A stretch of DNA of 63,953 nucleotides, the filler included. It is 4 parts of 4 records of this genome, joined end to end, with 100 filler letters (N's around TTAATTAATTAA, not from the genome) between each part and the next. Parts side by side here need not be neighbours in the genome. Positions count along the whole stretch, not along the records: positions 1 to 12,866 come from SRR31156797_7285; 3 more parts are not named here. One strand, given 5' to 3'. The notes below the pieces were generated by a model that saw only the letters and a list, made by a program, of their open reading frames with translations, made no database searches and was not told the origin of the DNA. Made by a program: the position numbers and the translations under genes. How positions within the stretch are numbered: the stretch's first letter is position 1; each line of letters opens with the position of its first letter. Shown here piece after piece: positions 1-9,923 of the stretch.

Positions 1-1
1 C

Positions 2-769
2 GGTACGCTTTTTCTGGATGAGATTGGTGAAATGCCCCTTGCCATTCAAAAAAAATTCCTGCGCGTTCTCCAGGAGCGCCGATTCAAACCTGTTGGGGGG
101 AGTACTGAATTAAAAAGCAATTTCAGGCTGATTTGTGCCACCAATAGAAATCTTGAAGAAATGGTAAAGTCCGGAGAATTTCGCAGTGATCTTTTGTTTC
201 GGATAAAAACGATCCATATCGATCTGCCGTCCCTGAGCGACTGCCCTGAAGATATCAAACCGCTCGCGCTGCATTATATCCATGCCCTGTGCGAGCATCA
301 CGGTCTGGAAACAAAAGGATTTGGGGCTGAATTTCTGATGTGCCTGGAATCATACGACTGGCCCGGCAACATCAGAGAATTGATCAGCTGTCTGGAAAAG
401 GCTATATTGGCTAACCCGGAGTCGGATATGCTGTATGCTAATTTTTTGCCGCAAAATATCCGTCTTTCCAGCATTAACGCATCCATTAAAAAACACACCC
501 ATGGATCTTTGCCCTCCCAGAAAGGGATTGAAGCTGAAGACTTTTTTTCCATAGATCTGCCAAATGATTTGTTGGAACCGTTGCAATCTTTGAAACAGGT
601 GAAAACATACACGGCCTCAGCAATAGAAAAAATATACCTTAACCATTTGATGAATCTGAGTAAAGGAGATATGGAACACGCAGCGAAATTGGCCGGCATC
701 AGTAAAAGTCGGTTGTATTCCTTAATAAAAACTTATCAAATTTCAAGCAAAAGCGAAAAAAAATCATAG
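2..769 (+). CDS. Sigma54-dependent transcriptional activator (NtrC/Fis family), 5'-truncated at window edge
   Basis: Frame open from base 2 (GTLFLDEIGEM, Walker B); RLICATNR, FRSDLLFR and WPGNIREL AAA motifs; C-terminal HTH (AAKLAGISKSRLY). Confidence 0.93.
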   Translation, partial: GTLFLDEIGEMPLAIQKKFLRVLQERRFKPVGGSTELKSNFRLICATNRNLEEMVKSGEFRSDLLFRIKTIHIDLPSLSDCPEDIKPLALHYIHALCEHHGLETKGFGAEFLMCLESYDWPGNIRELISCLEKAILANPESDMLYANFLPQNIRLSSINASIKKHTHGSLPSQKGIEAEDFFSIDLPNDLLEPLQSLKQVKTYTASAIEKIYLNHLMNLSKGDMEHAAKLAGISKSRLYSLIKTYQISSKSEKKS

Positions 770-812
770 CATTGTCATTTTGCAATTTTTTGCATCTTAT
801 GCAAACTTCATA

Positions 813-3800
813 TTATTTTGCAAAGACCTTGAACGGAAGGCGGATAATGAACTTGGTGCCCTTCCCCATTCTGGACTCTACCTCCAAGGTTCCGTCATGG
901 TCCTCGGTGATAATGAAATAGGATACGGATAGCCCCAGCCCAGTTCCCGCGCCGACATCCTTAGTGGTAAAGAAAGGTTCGAAAATACGGCTCAGGGTTG
1001 ATGCGTTCATGCCGGGGCCATTATCCTCGATTTCCACCCGGGCCATGGCGCCTTCGGTAGTGATACGCAGAAAGAAGCAGTGTCGGTACGGCATGTCTGC
1101 ATTGACTTCTGCCCTGTCCTGTTCCTTCATTGCCTCGGTGCCGTTTTTCAGGATATTGAAGAATACCTGTTGAATCTTGCTTGCTTCGCAAGAGACCGGC
1201 GGCATTCCCTGTTGGTATTCCCGGACGATTTCAACATGCCGGAAATTGTATTTTTTTCGGATGTCGAAGTCTCCTTTCACAAGGGGCACGGTATTATCGA
1301 GCAGTTCACAAAGATCCGTGGGTGATGCCCCGCCCTCGCCCTTACGGGCGAAGCTTAGAATGTTTTTCACGATTTTTGCGGCACGCATACCCGATTTGTG
1401 AATCATCCTGAGGTGCTTGACAAGATCTCTTTTCTGCATGAAGGCACGAATCACTGCCATATCGGTGCCGCATTGGGCTGCTGCGCGTTTGTTGGCTGGG
1501 GTATTTTCGATGAATCGATTGAGGAGGAGTTCCGCAGTCTGCATCATGCCTGCGAGTGGATTGTTGATTTCATGGGCTATACCGGCGGCCAACCCGCCAA
1601 TAGAGAGCATTTTCTCTGATTGGATCATCATTTTTTCCAGCCGCACACGTTCTGTGGTGTCGTCGAGTCGGATCACCGCTCCCTCAACTTCTTTTTCCAT
1701 GAGTGGAAAAATGGTTAGGTCCTCATATTTTGGGCCGTTTTCTGTGGGTCTGGTGCGCTTGGAATCACGATAAATGCGGCGGTCCCTTATGGCGATTCTG
1801 ATGTGGTCCATCTCGGGCACCAGTCGAGGGAACACATCTTCAAGCCGCCGGCCCGCAGCGGTGTTCACCGTTACACCTGTCTCTTGTTCTGCGCTTCGAT
1901 TCCACTGTGTAACTCGACCTTCTGAATCCACACCCACCAGCACGGAGGGCATGGAGTCGATGATGTTGCTGAGGTAGTTGCGAAGGTTGCGTAGTGCCTC
2001 TTCAGCCCGCTTGCGCTCAGTGATGTCCCGTCCAATGGCCAGTAGGCTGATTTTGTCACCAATATTGAGGCGATTCAAGGACACTTCTACATCAATCGGC
2101 ACACCTTGTTTGCCCAGATGTCTCCAATAGAATGTCTGAGGGTGGCCTTTTTTTGCTGCGTTTATGAATTCACGTGCCTTTTCCCCAGAATCTCTGCCAT
2201 CCGGCTGTATGGAAGGAGAAAATTCGATCGGTGTATGGCCGATGATTTCACTTTTGTCTTTACAGCCGTAAAATTCGACTGCTCGTGAATTGCATTCGAT
2301 GAAGACGTCACCGTCTATTATTTCGATAGCATCATTTGCGGATTCAAAAAGGGTGCGATACCTAACCTCGCTCTCTTCGAGGGCCTCTTCGGCGTGTTTT
2401 CGCGCGGTGATGACGGTGTGCGTTCCGGCCATTCTCATAGTCATTCCTGCCGGGTCACGCTCGAAGGTGCGTCCTCGTGAGCTGATCCATTGCCACGAGC
2501 CATCCTTTGCCTTCATGCGGAATTCCATAGAGTAGGAATTTTTACCTTGCTCAATAAAATCCTGAAGCCCGGCCAGGGTATCGGCTCTGTCATCGGGATG
2601 AAGCAGCGCAGTCCATGTCTCGTATGTTTGGGGAAGTTCGTCCGGTTCGTAGCCAATAATGCTGAACCATTTTGGGTCGTAGTACACTTGCTGTGTCTGC
2701 GGGTAGAAGTCCCATAGGCCTGAGTTCGAACCCTCCATTGCAAGGGCCAACCGTTCCTGGCTGGTTCGGAGATCCCCGAAGAGGAGCGTACTGCTCAGAC
2801 CATCCGCTATTCGGCGGCCAATCTCTTTAAAAAGGCGCTCCTCGTCTTTTGTCCAGATACGTGCGTATGAGCATTGGTGCATTCCGAACGTCCAGGGTTT
2901 CCCCGTCTTTGGATAGATGGCCGTGAACATCATTGCACGCACCCCGAATTGCTGGGAGCTATCCGCGTCAACAGGCCGCGTAGTCCCTTCCGTGTAGCTC
3001 ACAGGATTCTTACTGGCCAGGGCATCGCGGCTATCCTTGGCGTATCCCGGTGTCATTGGCAGTTCCAAGACATCTCCTTGATCAAGGCTATATTCGGGCC
3101 GGGCATGCTGGACAGGAACACTGATGGTCGCCGCGTCCGGGTCACATGGATATAGGAGCCATGCACGGTCGCAGTCAAATAATGTGATCATGGCCTTGAT
3201 AACCCCGTCGATCATTTGCTCCATATCGGTCGTCTGGCGGATGATACTGTCGATGTGTTCTAAGCTTGCCAGAAAATGAAGCTGTTCCCGGGCCGCCTTT
3301 TCGGCGTGCTTATGGGCGGTGATATCGCGCATTTCAGGGAGCAGGAAGACCACATCTCCTTCGTCGTTTCTTATGGGCATTATCGATACATCCACATGGC
3401 GCAGATCTTTGCCGTGCAATGGGTATGTGGATTCAAAATGCGCCTCTTGACCATCCGCAGCTCTGGTGATCGCGGCGTGGAGTCCATCACGCAGTTCACT
3501 GGAATGGTCCCATAACGATGTGTCCCAGAGACGTTTTCCGGCAACATCAGGGCTTTTGAGTCCGGCCATACCAAGAAAGGCGCGGTTGATCTCAAGGATA
3601 GTGCCGTCACGGGCAAGCAGGCCCATGAACTGACAAGAGTCGTTGAATATGGCGCGGTACTTCTCAGTTTCTTGTTTCAGCCTCCGATTTTCCAGCCCGG
3701 ACTGAACAGCCTGGGTGACCATTTCAACAAAGCATCCAAGCGTGTTCGCAATTTGCTCACGGTTCATCATCGGTAGTGCTGACATGGCAGTGGAATACGC

Positions 3801-4202
3801 GTGGGCCGCCGCCCCGTTGTGTGAGTTGTTCGAGCTATGTGGCTGGATCTGTGCGTCTGCTACTAAAACGGTTGCCAGGCGTCTTCGACCAACGGTGATG
3901 GCACTGGTCTCACCATAACGCCCATGGTCACATTGGATGAGGCCTGTCGCCTCTTGGGCCCAACCATGTTCGGAAATGCATTCGGAACGGGAAACGCCTG
4001 CTTGGCAAGGCGTGCCCGGGCATTGTTCGCACACACCGCCCTTACTTGTTGTGAACAGAACGTCGTGACCGGGATAAGAGGCCAGAGCGATGGTGCAGCC
4101 TGTTGAAGCGGAGAGCCGCTCTGCTATTCTACGTATGCCTTGAACATCGACGATATTTTTGAAAGAGCAGTCGGATTTTGATGTAAGTCTACGTTTTATC
4201 AT
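813..4202 (-). CDS. Cytoplasmic multi-sensor histidine kinase (PocR-like, PAS, GAF, several PAS, HisKA, HATPase)
   Basis: H-box AHEINNPL, DNGPG, FEPFFTTK, GTGLGL; PAS-like repeats (HPDD, SMEFR); GAF (DCDRAWLLYPCD); AAGGAG RBS at 4214-4219 favours a start at 4205/4202 over 4235. Confidence 0.9.
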   Translation of the reverse strand: MIKRRLTSKSDCSFKNIVDVQGIRRIAERLSASTGCTIALASYPGHDVLFTTSKGGVCEQCPGTPCQAGVSRSECISEHGWAQEATGLIQCDHGRYGETSAITVGRRRLATVLVADAQIQPHSSNNSHNGAAAHAYSTAMSALPMMNREQIANTLGCFVEMVTQAVQSGLENRRLKQETEKYRAIFNDSCQFMGLLARDGTILEINRAFLGMAGLKSPDVAGKRLWDTSLWDHSSELRDGLHAAITRAADGQEAHFESTYPLHGKDLRHVDVSIMPIRNDEGDVVFLLPEMRDITAHKHAEKAAREQLHFLASLEHIDSIIRQTTDMEQMIDGVIKAMITLFDCDRAWLLYPCDPDAATISVPVQHARPEYSLDQGDVLELPMTPGYAKDSRDALASKNPVSYTEGTTRPVDADSSQQFGVRAMMFTAIYPKTGKPWTFGMHQCSYARIWTKDEERLFKEIGRRIADGLSSTLLFGDLRTSQERLALAMEGSNSGLWDFYPQTQQVYYDPKWFSIIGYEPDELPQTYETWTALLHPDDRADTLAGLQDFIEQGKNSYSMEFRMKAKDGSWQWISSRGRTFERDPAGMTMRMAGTHTVITARKHAEEALEESEVRYRTLFESANDAIEIIDGDVFIECNSRAVEFYGCKDKSEIIGHTPIEFSPSIQPDGRDSGEKAREFINAAKKGHPQTFYWRHLGKQGVPIDVEVSLNRLNIGDKISLLAIGRDITERKRAEEALRNLRNYLSNIIDSMPSVLVGVDSEGRVTQWNRSAEQETGVTVNTAAGRRLEDVFPRLVPEMDHIRIAIRDRRIYRDSKRTRPTENGPKYEDLTIFPLMEKEVEGAVIRLDDTTERVRLEKMMIQSEKMLSIGGLAAGIAHEINNPLAGMMQTAELLLNRFIENTPANKRAAAQCGTDMAVIRAFMQKRDLVKHLRMIHKSGMRAAKIVKNILSFARKGEGGASPTDLCELLDNTVPLVKGDFDIRKKYNFRHVEIVREYQQGMPPVSCEASKIQQVFFNILKNGTEAMKEQDRAEVNADMPYRHCFFLRITTEGAMARVEIEDNGPGMNASTLSRIFEPFFTTKDVGAGTGLGLSVSYFIITEDHDGTLEVESRMGKGTKFIIRLPFKVFAK

Positions 4203-4277
4203 CACTATTTGCGCTCCTTGTTGTAATGTGACCAAAATGTTCTATCGCATTAATAAGATTTTAATGACCATGGTACA

Positions 4278-4297
4278 AGACATAAAAAATTATGTCT
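4278..4297. promoter_or_regulatory. Palindrome AGACATAA-N4-TTATGTCT, candidate enhancer (UAS) or operator
   Basis: Perfect 8-bp inverted repeat in a divergent AT-rich intergenic region, about 130 bp upstream of the sigma54-like promoter. Confidence 0.4.
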
Positions 4298-4381
4298 AAA
4301 TTGTCTCATAAAATTGGAATTTCGTACTAAAAAATAGAAAATTTCAGTTTTCTTTTTTTCTGGCTCTCTTGGGGGTTTTCG

Positions 4382-4394
4382 TAAGTATTTGATT
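4382..4394 (-). promoter_or_regulatory. IHF binding site
   Basis: Minus strand reads AATCAAATACTTA, an exact match to WATCAANNNNTTR, between the palindrome and the -24/-12 element. Confidence 0.55.
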
Positions 4395-4423
4395 CTGTAT
4401 TGTATTTGTTGGTTTGTTCTGCA

Positions 4424-4440
4424 TTGGCACACCTTTTGTA
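4424..4440 (+). promoter_or_regulatory. Putative sigma54 -24/-12 promoter
   Basis: TTGGCAC-ACCTT-TTGTA versus consensus TGGCAC-N5-TTGCW (one mismatch at -12), 30 nt upstream of the ORF at 4471. Confidence 0.55.
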
Positions 4441-4470
4441 TTATTCGAATTTTAGAAATCAATTTTTAAT

Positions 4471-4848
4471 ATGGGAAGACATATGAAAATTATTATTTAC
4501 ACACAAATTAAAAACGAGCAAAAGGAAATCCTGCTGGAACAAATTGTTCAGAGCACGGGGATGTTTCCTGTTATGGTGTTTGATCTTGAAGGCTTGTTTC
4601 AAATGCTGAAAACAAAAATATCAGGAGGGTATACCATTGTTTTCCAGATCGCTTTCCAAAGCGAACTGGATACACTGCGAAATAACGAAATACACCTGTT
4701 TAACACCCGGTTTATCATCATACTGCCGTGCGATGATGAAGAGATGAACCTTCGTGCATTATCCTTGCAGCCCAAATATCTGTGTTGCCCGGACCATGGC
4801 TATGAAGATGTCGGCAGGGTGTTAAACAAAATGAATAAAGTGAAATAA
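4471..4848 (+). CDS. Hypothetical protein, possibly a degenerate receiver-like domain
   Basis: 125-aa ORF with receiver-like size and alternating beta/alpha pattern (MKIIIY...IVF...FIIILP...PKYL) but no clear phospho-acceptor Asp; first gene of the MCP/cheA run; start may be 4483. Confidence 0.55.
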   Translation: MGRHMKIIIYTQIKNEQKEILLEQIVQSTGMFPVMVFDLEGLFQMLKTKISGGYTIVFQIAFQSELDTLRNNEIHLFNTRFIIILPCDDEEMNLRALSLQPKYLCCPDHGYEDVGRVLNKMNKVK

Positions 4849-4872
4849 ACAAAGATTATATTGAAGGAACTA

Positions 4873-6963
4873 ATGAAAAAATTTAAAAATCTGAAAATCG
4901 GTACTAAATTAATCGTGTTTTTTCTTATCGTCGGTATCATCCCCATGTCTCTTCTGGGTATACTTGCAGTGAAAAATTCATCGAAAGCGCTATCGGATGC
5001 CACTTTTGAAAAAATAGAAAGTGTTCAGTCTTTAAAAAAAGAAGCCATTGAATCATATTTTGCCGATTCTTTTCTGAAAATGGAACTTTTCGCCAAAAGC
5101 AGCGATGTCAAAATTCTTTTTGACCTGCTGCGAGCGTATCACATTAAAACAGACGTCTCTCCCACGGGAAACTATGATGTAACAACCCGTGAATATCAGA
5201 AAATATGGAAAGACCATGGGGCACATCTTTATAATTTTTATAAAACAAGTGGGGTGTATGATGTTTTTCTAATTTGTGCACAACACGGCCATGTCATGTA
5301 TACCGCTGCAAAAGAGAGCGATATGGGTGAAAACATGGGCCATGGAAAATATAAAAATACCGGGTTGGCCGAATTATGGCGCAAAGTTGTCAACACGAAA
5401 GAAGCCGCCATTGTCGACATGGCGCCGTATGCACCCAGCAATGATGAACCCGCCATGTTTGCAGGGAATCCAATACATGACGAAAACGGATCATTACTGG
5501 GTGTCATTGCATTCCAGCTTCCTTTAGACCAGATTAATAATGTGATGACCACAAGATATGGTATGGGTGAAACCGGTGAATCATATCTGGTTGGATCGGA
5601 TAAGCTCATGCGATCGGATTCCTTTCTTGACCCTGAAAACCACAAGGTTAAAGCCAGTTTTGCCAATCCGCATAAAGGAAAAGTCGAAACCGAGGCCTCC
5701 CAATCCGCCCTGGCAGGGAAAAAAGGGAGTAAAATCATAATGGATTATAACGGCAATCCGGTTTTATCTTTTTACAACCCGCTTAAAATAAAAGATTTGA
5801 ACTGGGCAATCATTACGGAAATCGACAAAGCCGAGGCATTTGCCGCTGTGAATGCCTTAAAGTTAAGCACAGGTATTATTTTTCTTGGCGCTGTCCTTGC
5901 CATTATCATCATCGCCGTTTTGATAGGAAAAAGCATCTCAAAACCCATTATCAAAGGGGTACGGATGGCGGAGTTGATGGCTACGGGTGATTTAACCCAG
6001 CGTGTGGATCTTGACCAGGAGGATGAAATCGGAGTACTTGTGAAATCCTTGAACAAAATGGCAAACAGTTTGCGCAAAATGTTTATTGAAATCGCTGACG
6101 GCACACAGACGTTGACGGCTTCTTCCACTGAATTATCCGCAATTTCAGAACAGATTGCCGGTAATTCCGACCAGACCGCGCAAAAAACCGTTTCCGTATC
6201 TGCGGCAGCCGAAGAGATGAGTACCAATATGAACAGTGTGGCAGCCGCTACAGAGCAGACCACGGCAAATATTCAGATGATTGTTGCTGCATCCGAGGAA
6301 ATGACCTCGACCATTGCCGAAATCGCCAAAAATACGGCAAAAGGCAGCGAGACAACAACCCAGGCAGTTGAAACAGCCGAGCAGGTGTCACGTAAAGTTG
6401 ACGAACTGGGAACCGCAGCCCAGGAAATAAGTAAAGTGACTGATACCATTTCAGATATTTCGGAACAAACCAATCTTCTGGCGTTGAATGCGACGATAGA
6501 GGCTGCCCGGGCAGGAGAAGCCGGTAAAGGGTTCGCAGTTGTGGCAGGTGAGATAAAAGCCCTGGCACAGCAGACAGCAGACGCTACTGATGAAATCAGC
6601 TCCAAGATAGAAGGCGTCCAGCTTACAACAAAGGAATCGGTAAGTGCCATTCAATCCATTGTTGAGGTCATTAATGAAATCAACGGTATTGTCACGACAA
6701 TTGCCACCGCCATTGAAGAACAGTCGTCTACCACACAGGAAATTGCCAATAATGTCAGCCAGGCAGCAGTGGGCCTGGATGAAGTCAATGAAAATGTGAA
6801 CCAGACCTCCGTTGTTGCAGGTGACGTGACACAGGAAATTTCCGATGTCAGCCGTTCGACCGAAGAGATGAGCGAAGGCTCCAGACAGGTCATGGGCAGT
6901 GCTGGTGAGTTGTCACAACTTGCAGAAAAATTAAGTGAAATGGTGGGTCGCTTTAAAGTCTAA
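4873..6963 (+). CDS. Methyl-accepting chemotaxis protein (dCache-HAMP-MA)
   Basis: Two TM segments, HAMP (DEIGVL), hairpin tip [40 protein letters not shown] before ATG 4873. Confidence 0.95.
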   Translation: MKKFKNLKIGTKLIVFFLIVGIIPMSLLGILAVKNSSKALSDATFEKIESVQSLKKEAIESYFADSFLKMELFAKSSDVKILFDLLRAYHIKTDVSPTGNYDVTTREYQKIWKDHGAHLYNFYKTSGVYDVFLICAQHGHVMYTAAKESDMGENMGHGKYKNTGLAELWRKVVNTKEAAIVDMAPYAPSNDEPAMFAGNPIHDENGSLLGVIAFQLPLDQINNVMTTRYGMGETGESYLVGSDKLMRSDSFLDPENHKVKASFANPHKGKVETEASQSALAGKKGSKIIMDYNGNPVLSFYNPLKIKDLNWAIITEIDKAEAFAAVNALKLSTGIIFLGAVLAIIIIAVLIGKSISKPIIKGVRMAELMATGDLTQRVDLDQEDEIGVLVKSLNKMANSLRKMFIEIADGTQTLTASSTELSAISEQIAGNSDQTAQKTVSVSAAAEEMSTNMNSVAAATEQTTANIQMIVAASEEMTSTIAEIAKNTAKGSETTTQAVETAEQVSRKVDELGTAAQEISKVTDTISDISEQTNLLALNATIEAARAGEAGKGFAVVAGEIKALAQQTADATDEISSKIEGVQLTTKESVSAIQSIVEVINEINGIVTTIATAIEEQSSTTQEIANNVSQAAVGLDEVNENVNQTSVVAGDVTQEISDVSRSTEEMSEGSRQVMGSAGELSQLAEKLSEMVGRFKV

Positions 6964-7089
6964 TGCGGTGACCCTTTGTGCCTCTCCTCCTTTTTTTTGT
7001 CTTTTTGAAAAAAATGGAGGAGTAAGGCACTATACAGATCCTTTGCTTAGGGATTTGATTACAAATATGTATGCATAAAGGAATACACC

Positions 7090-8928
7090 ATGGCAAATCA
7101 AGTGTTCTCCCCTGTTCAAAAAGAGATGGGTGAAATTGATACCAAAACTTCCCTGCGGGTAGACGTGACGTTACTCGACACCCTGATGAATCTGGCCGGT
7201 GAATTGGTTTTGAGCCGTAATCAATTGTTGCAGGGGCTTGGTGCAAGCAACCCAAAAGCAACTGAATTGTCCGGACAGAGAATCGATATGATTACCTCTG
7301 AACTCCAGGAAGCCATTATGCGCACACGTATGCAGCCCATTGGCAATATCCTGGATAAATTTTCAAGGGTTGTTCGAGATCATTCGCAGCAATTAGGCAA
7401 GTCAATTGAACTGATAATTGAAGGAAAAGAAGTCGAACTGGATAAAACCATTTTAGAGGCCATCACTGATCCACTGACCCATTTGATTCATAACAGTATT
7501 GATCACGGGGTGGAATCACCGGATGAAAGAAAAAAGAAAGGGAAACCTTTGGTTGGGCAAATCAGTATCAAGGCATGTCATGAAGCCGGTCAGGTAAATA
7601 TCCTTATTTCCGATGACGGGCGCGGCCTTGATCCTGAAAAAATTTCAACGGCAGCACTTTCAAAAGGACTGATTAAGCAGGATGTGCTGACACAAATGAC
7701 TCAAAAACAGAAAATGGAACTGATTTTCAAACCCGGCTTTTCCACGGTTGATCAGGTTACGGATGTATCCGGCCGGGGTATGGATGTGGTTACCACAAAC
7801 ATCGAGACCCTTGGCGGTGTTATTGAGCTTGAATCCGAACCGGAAAAGGGAACTGATATTCTGATCAAACTGCCGTTGACGCTGGCGATCATCCCCAGCC
7901 AGATTATGCGGATGGGTGGTGAAAGATATGCTGTGCCCCAGGTGAACCTTAATGAACTGTTGAGAATTCCGGCGGGTGAAATCAAAGAGAGGATCGAAAA
8001 AGTTGGAGACGCATCAGTCGTCCGGCTTCGGGGTGAACTACTCCCTTTGCTGGACCTTGCCCGGATTCTCGGTATCGACAAATCTTATTCTGATCCTCAT
8101 ACCGGGGAGAACCTGCCGGAAAGGCGTCATGAGATTGCAGACCGCAGGTCAATCCGGCACCGAACCGCCGATGCAGGCAGCGTGACCGCATTTGAGGCAC
8201 CAAAAGGCGAATTGAGTCCAAGACAAAAATCAGATCGTCGAACCAGCTGTAAAAGTGCTGTAAATATTGCCGTCGTTTCCGCCGGTGCTTTTAAATACGG
8301 CATGGTTGTTGATGAACTTTTGGATTCACAAGAAATTGTTGTAAAACCGGTGGGCCGTCACTTCAAAAAATACACGGCCTATGCCGGGGCCACCATTATG
8401 GGGGACGGCAAAGTAGCCCTTATTTTAGATATCGCCAACCTGGCGCAGGCAGCTCAACTTTCAACGGTCTCTGAGGCTGTTCAAACCATTAAGTCTGCAG
8501 AACAATCCTATGATGACCAGACAGCTCTTCTGACATTCAAAAACGGCAATCGAGAGCATTTTGCAGTACCTCTTAGTCTTGTGGAAAGAATCGAGAGGGT
8601 GAGGACCTGTGATATCGAAGAAATCGGCGGTAAAAAGGTGATTCAATACAGAGGCGGTGCACTTCCATTGATTGAATTGGCCAATCTGGCCGATTTTGAT
8701 CCGCTCCCAGAACATATTTTCCAGGAAGTGGTTGTATTCCGGGTGAAAAACAGGGAGATCGGGTTGTTGGTATCCCCACCCGTGGATGCCATTGAGATTG
8801 TTTTAAACCTTGATGAATCTACGTTGAAACAAAACATTATTTCCGGTTCAATGGCGATAAATGGTCATACCACACTGCTGATCGATATTTTTGAGATGGT
8901 ACAAACGGCATTCCCAGAAAAGAGGTAA
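7090..8928 (+). CDS. cheA: CheA-like protein lacking P1 (Hpt) and P2, with two CheW-like domains
   Basis: Starts at the P3 dimerisation domain (SLRVDVTLLDTLMNLAGELVLSRNQL); NSIDHG, DDGRGLD, IFKPGFST, KLPLTLAI; AAGGAA RBS. Confidence 0.85.
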   Translation: MANQVFSPVQKEMGEIDTKTSLRVDVTLLDTLMNLAGELVLSRNQLLQGLGASNPKATELSGQRIDMITSELQEAIMRTRMQPIGNILDKFSRVVRDHSQQLGKSIELIIEGKEVELDKTILEAITDPLTHLIHNSIDHGVESPDERKKKGKPLVGQISIKACHEAGQVNILISDDGRGLDPEKISTAALSKGLIKQDVLTQMTQKQKMELIFKPGFSTVDQVTDVSGRGMDVVTTNIETLGGVIELESEPEKGTDILIKLPLTLAIIPSQIMRMGGERYAVPQVNLNELLRIPAGEIKERIEKVGDASVVRLRGELLPLLDLARILGIDKSYSDPHTGENLPERRHEIADRRSIRHRTADAGSVTAFEAPKGELSPRQKSDRRTSCKSAVNIAVVSAGAFKYGMVVDELLDSQEIVVKPVGRHFKKYTAYAGATIMGDGKVALILDIANLAQAAQLSTVSEAVQTIKSAEQSYDDQTALLTFKNGNREHFAVPLSLVERIERVRTCDIEEIGGKKVIQYRGGALPLIELANLADFDPLPEHIFQEVVVFRVKNREIGLLVSPPVDAIEIVLNLDESTLKQNIISGSMAINGHTTLLIDIFEMVQTAFPEKR

Positions 8929-9022
8929 TGATCTTGAAATGCCCAATATGGATAGATCTGAACTGACAAAAATAAAGGCAGATTTATTGGTATCGATGAT
9001 TACCAGATAAAAGGAGCGCAAA

Positions 9023-9913
9023 ATGAATAAAAGACTTATGGCAGCGACAATCATTCTGGTGTTGGTCTGCCCAATAATCAGCCATGCCCAAAAATCACTG
9101 ATTTGTATCAAAACCGATGCGCCACCTGTTGTAGATGGGATAACAGACGCGTTGTGGCAGGCGGCCCCTGAAATCAGTACTGTGGATACAACGGATACAA
9201 CGGATACAACGGAGCCCGTAAATATCCGTTTGAAAAGCGTCCATACAGCCGGCAAAATTTATATACGTGCCGTTTTCCCAGACCCCGATGAATCAAGGTA
9301 TCACAAACCCTGGATATGGGATGCCCAAAAGAAAGAATACCGTATTGGCCCGGAACGCGAAGACCGGTTTGTCATAAAATGGAACATAGGTGATAACCTT
9401 TCCACAGATCTTGGGGTGGACGCAGATAATCCGTATTCGGCTGATATCTGGTATTGGAAAGCCCACAGAACCGATCCTAAAGGATTTGCCGATGATAAAA
9501 TTCAAACCTATTCTTTGATTCCGGGAAAAAAGAAAAAGCAAGTGATAAGTAAAACCGGTAAAAAATGGTTCTTAAACCGTAGAGGAGACCAAGGTTCGGC
9601 AGCCTATAAAACACGGTTGTTTTTTGACTATCAAGGAGATCGGCTCAACCAATATGATTATCGGCAAGCATCGGGCAGCCGGGGTGATATCCGCGCCAAA
9701 GGAAGATGGAAAGATGGCATTTGGACGATTGAATTTGAACGGAATTTGGATACCGGCCATGAAGATGATGTAAAATTCAGTATCGATCAAAAATTTTTAT
9801 TCGGGGTTTCCGTATATGAAATAGCCGGCCGTGCGCCAGACCCCAATATTGATGTTCCATTGTTCGGCTGTGGGAAAATTTCCGAACCGTTGATACTTGA
9901 ATTTCGCCCCTAG
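9023..9913 (+). CDS. Exported ethylbenzene-dehydrogenase-gamma-like (EB_dh/DOMON-type) protein
   Basis: Signal peptide (ends SHA); motifs PVVDG..D..W, EDRFVIKW, ADIWYWKAHRT, GRWKDGIWTIEFER.LDTG..DD recognised from the EB_dh family. Confidence 0.7.
   Translation: MNKRLMAATIILVLVCPIISHAQKSLICIKTDAPPVVDGITDALWQAAPEISTVDTTDTTDTTEPVNIRLKSVHTAGKIYIRAVFPDPDESRYHKPWIWDAQKKEYRIGPEREDRFVIKWNIGDNLSTDLGVDADNPYSADIWYWKAHRTDPKGFADDKIQTYSLIPGKKKKQVISKTGKKWFLNRRGDQGSAAYKTRLFFDYQGDRLNQYDYRQASGSRGDIRAKGRWKDGIWTIEFERNLDTGHEDDVKFSIDQKFLFGVSVYEIAGRAPDPNIDVPLFGCGKISEPLILEFRP
9184..9213 (+). repeat. In-frame 9-bp tandem repeat (GGATACAAC)x3.3
   Basis: ggatacaac-ggatacaac-ggatacaac-gga, encoding DTTDTTDTT. Confidence 0.9.
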
Positions 9914-9923
9914 GAGAGCTTTT

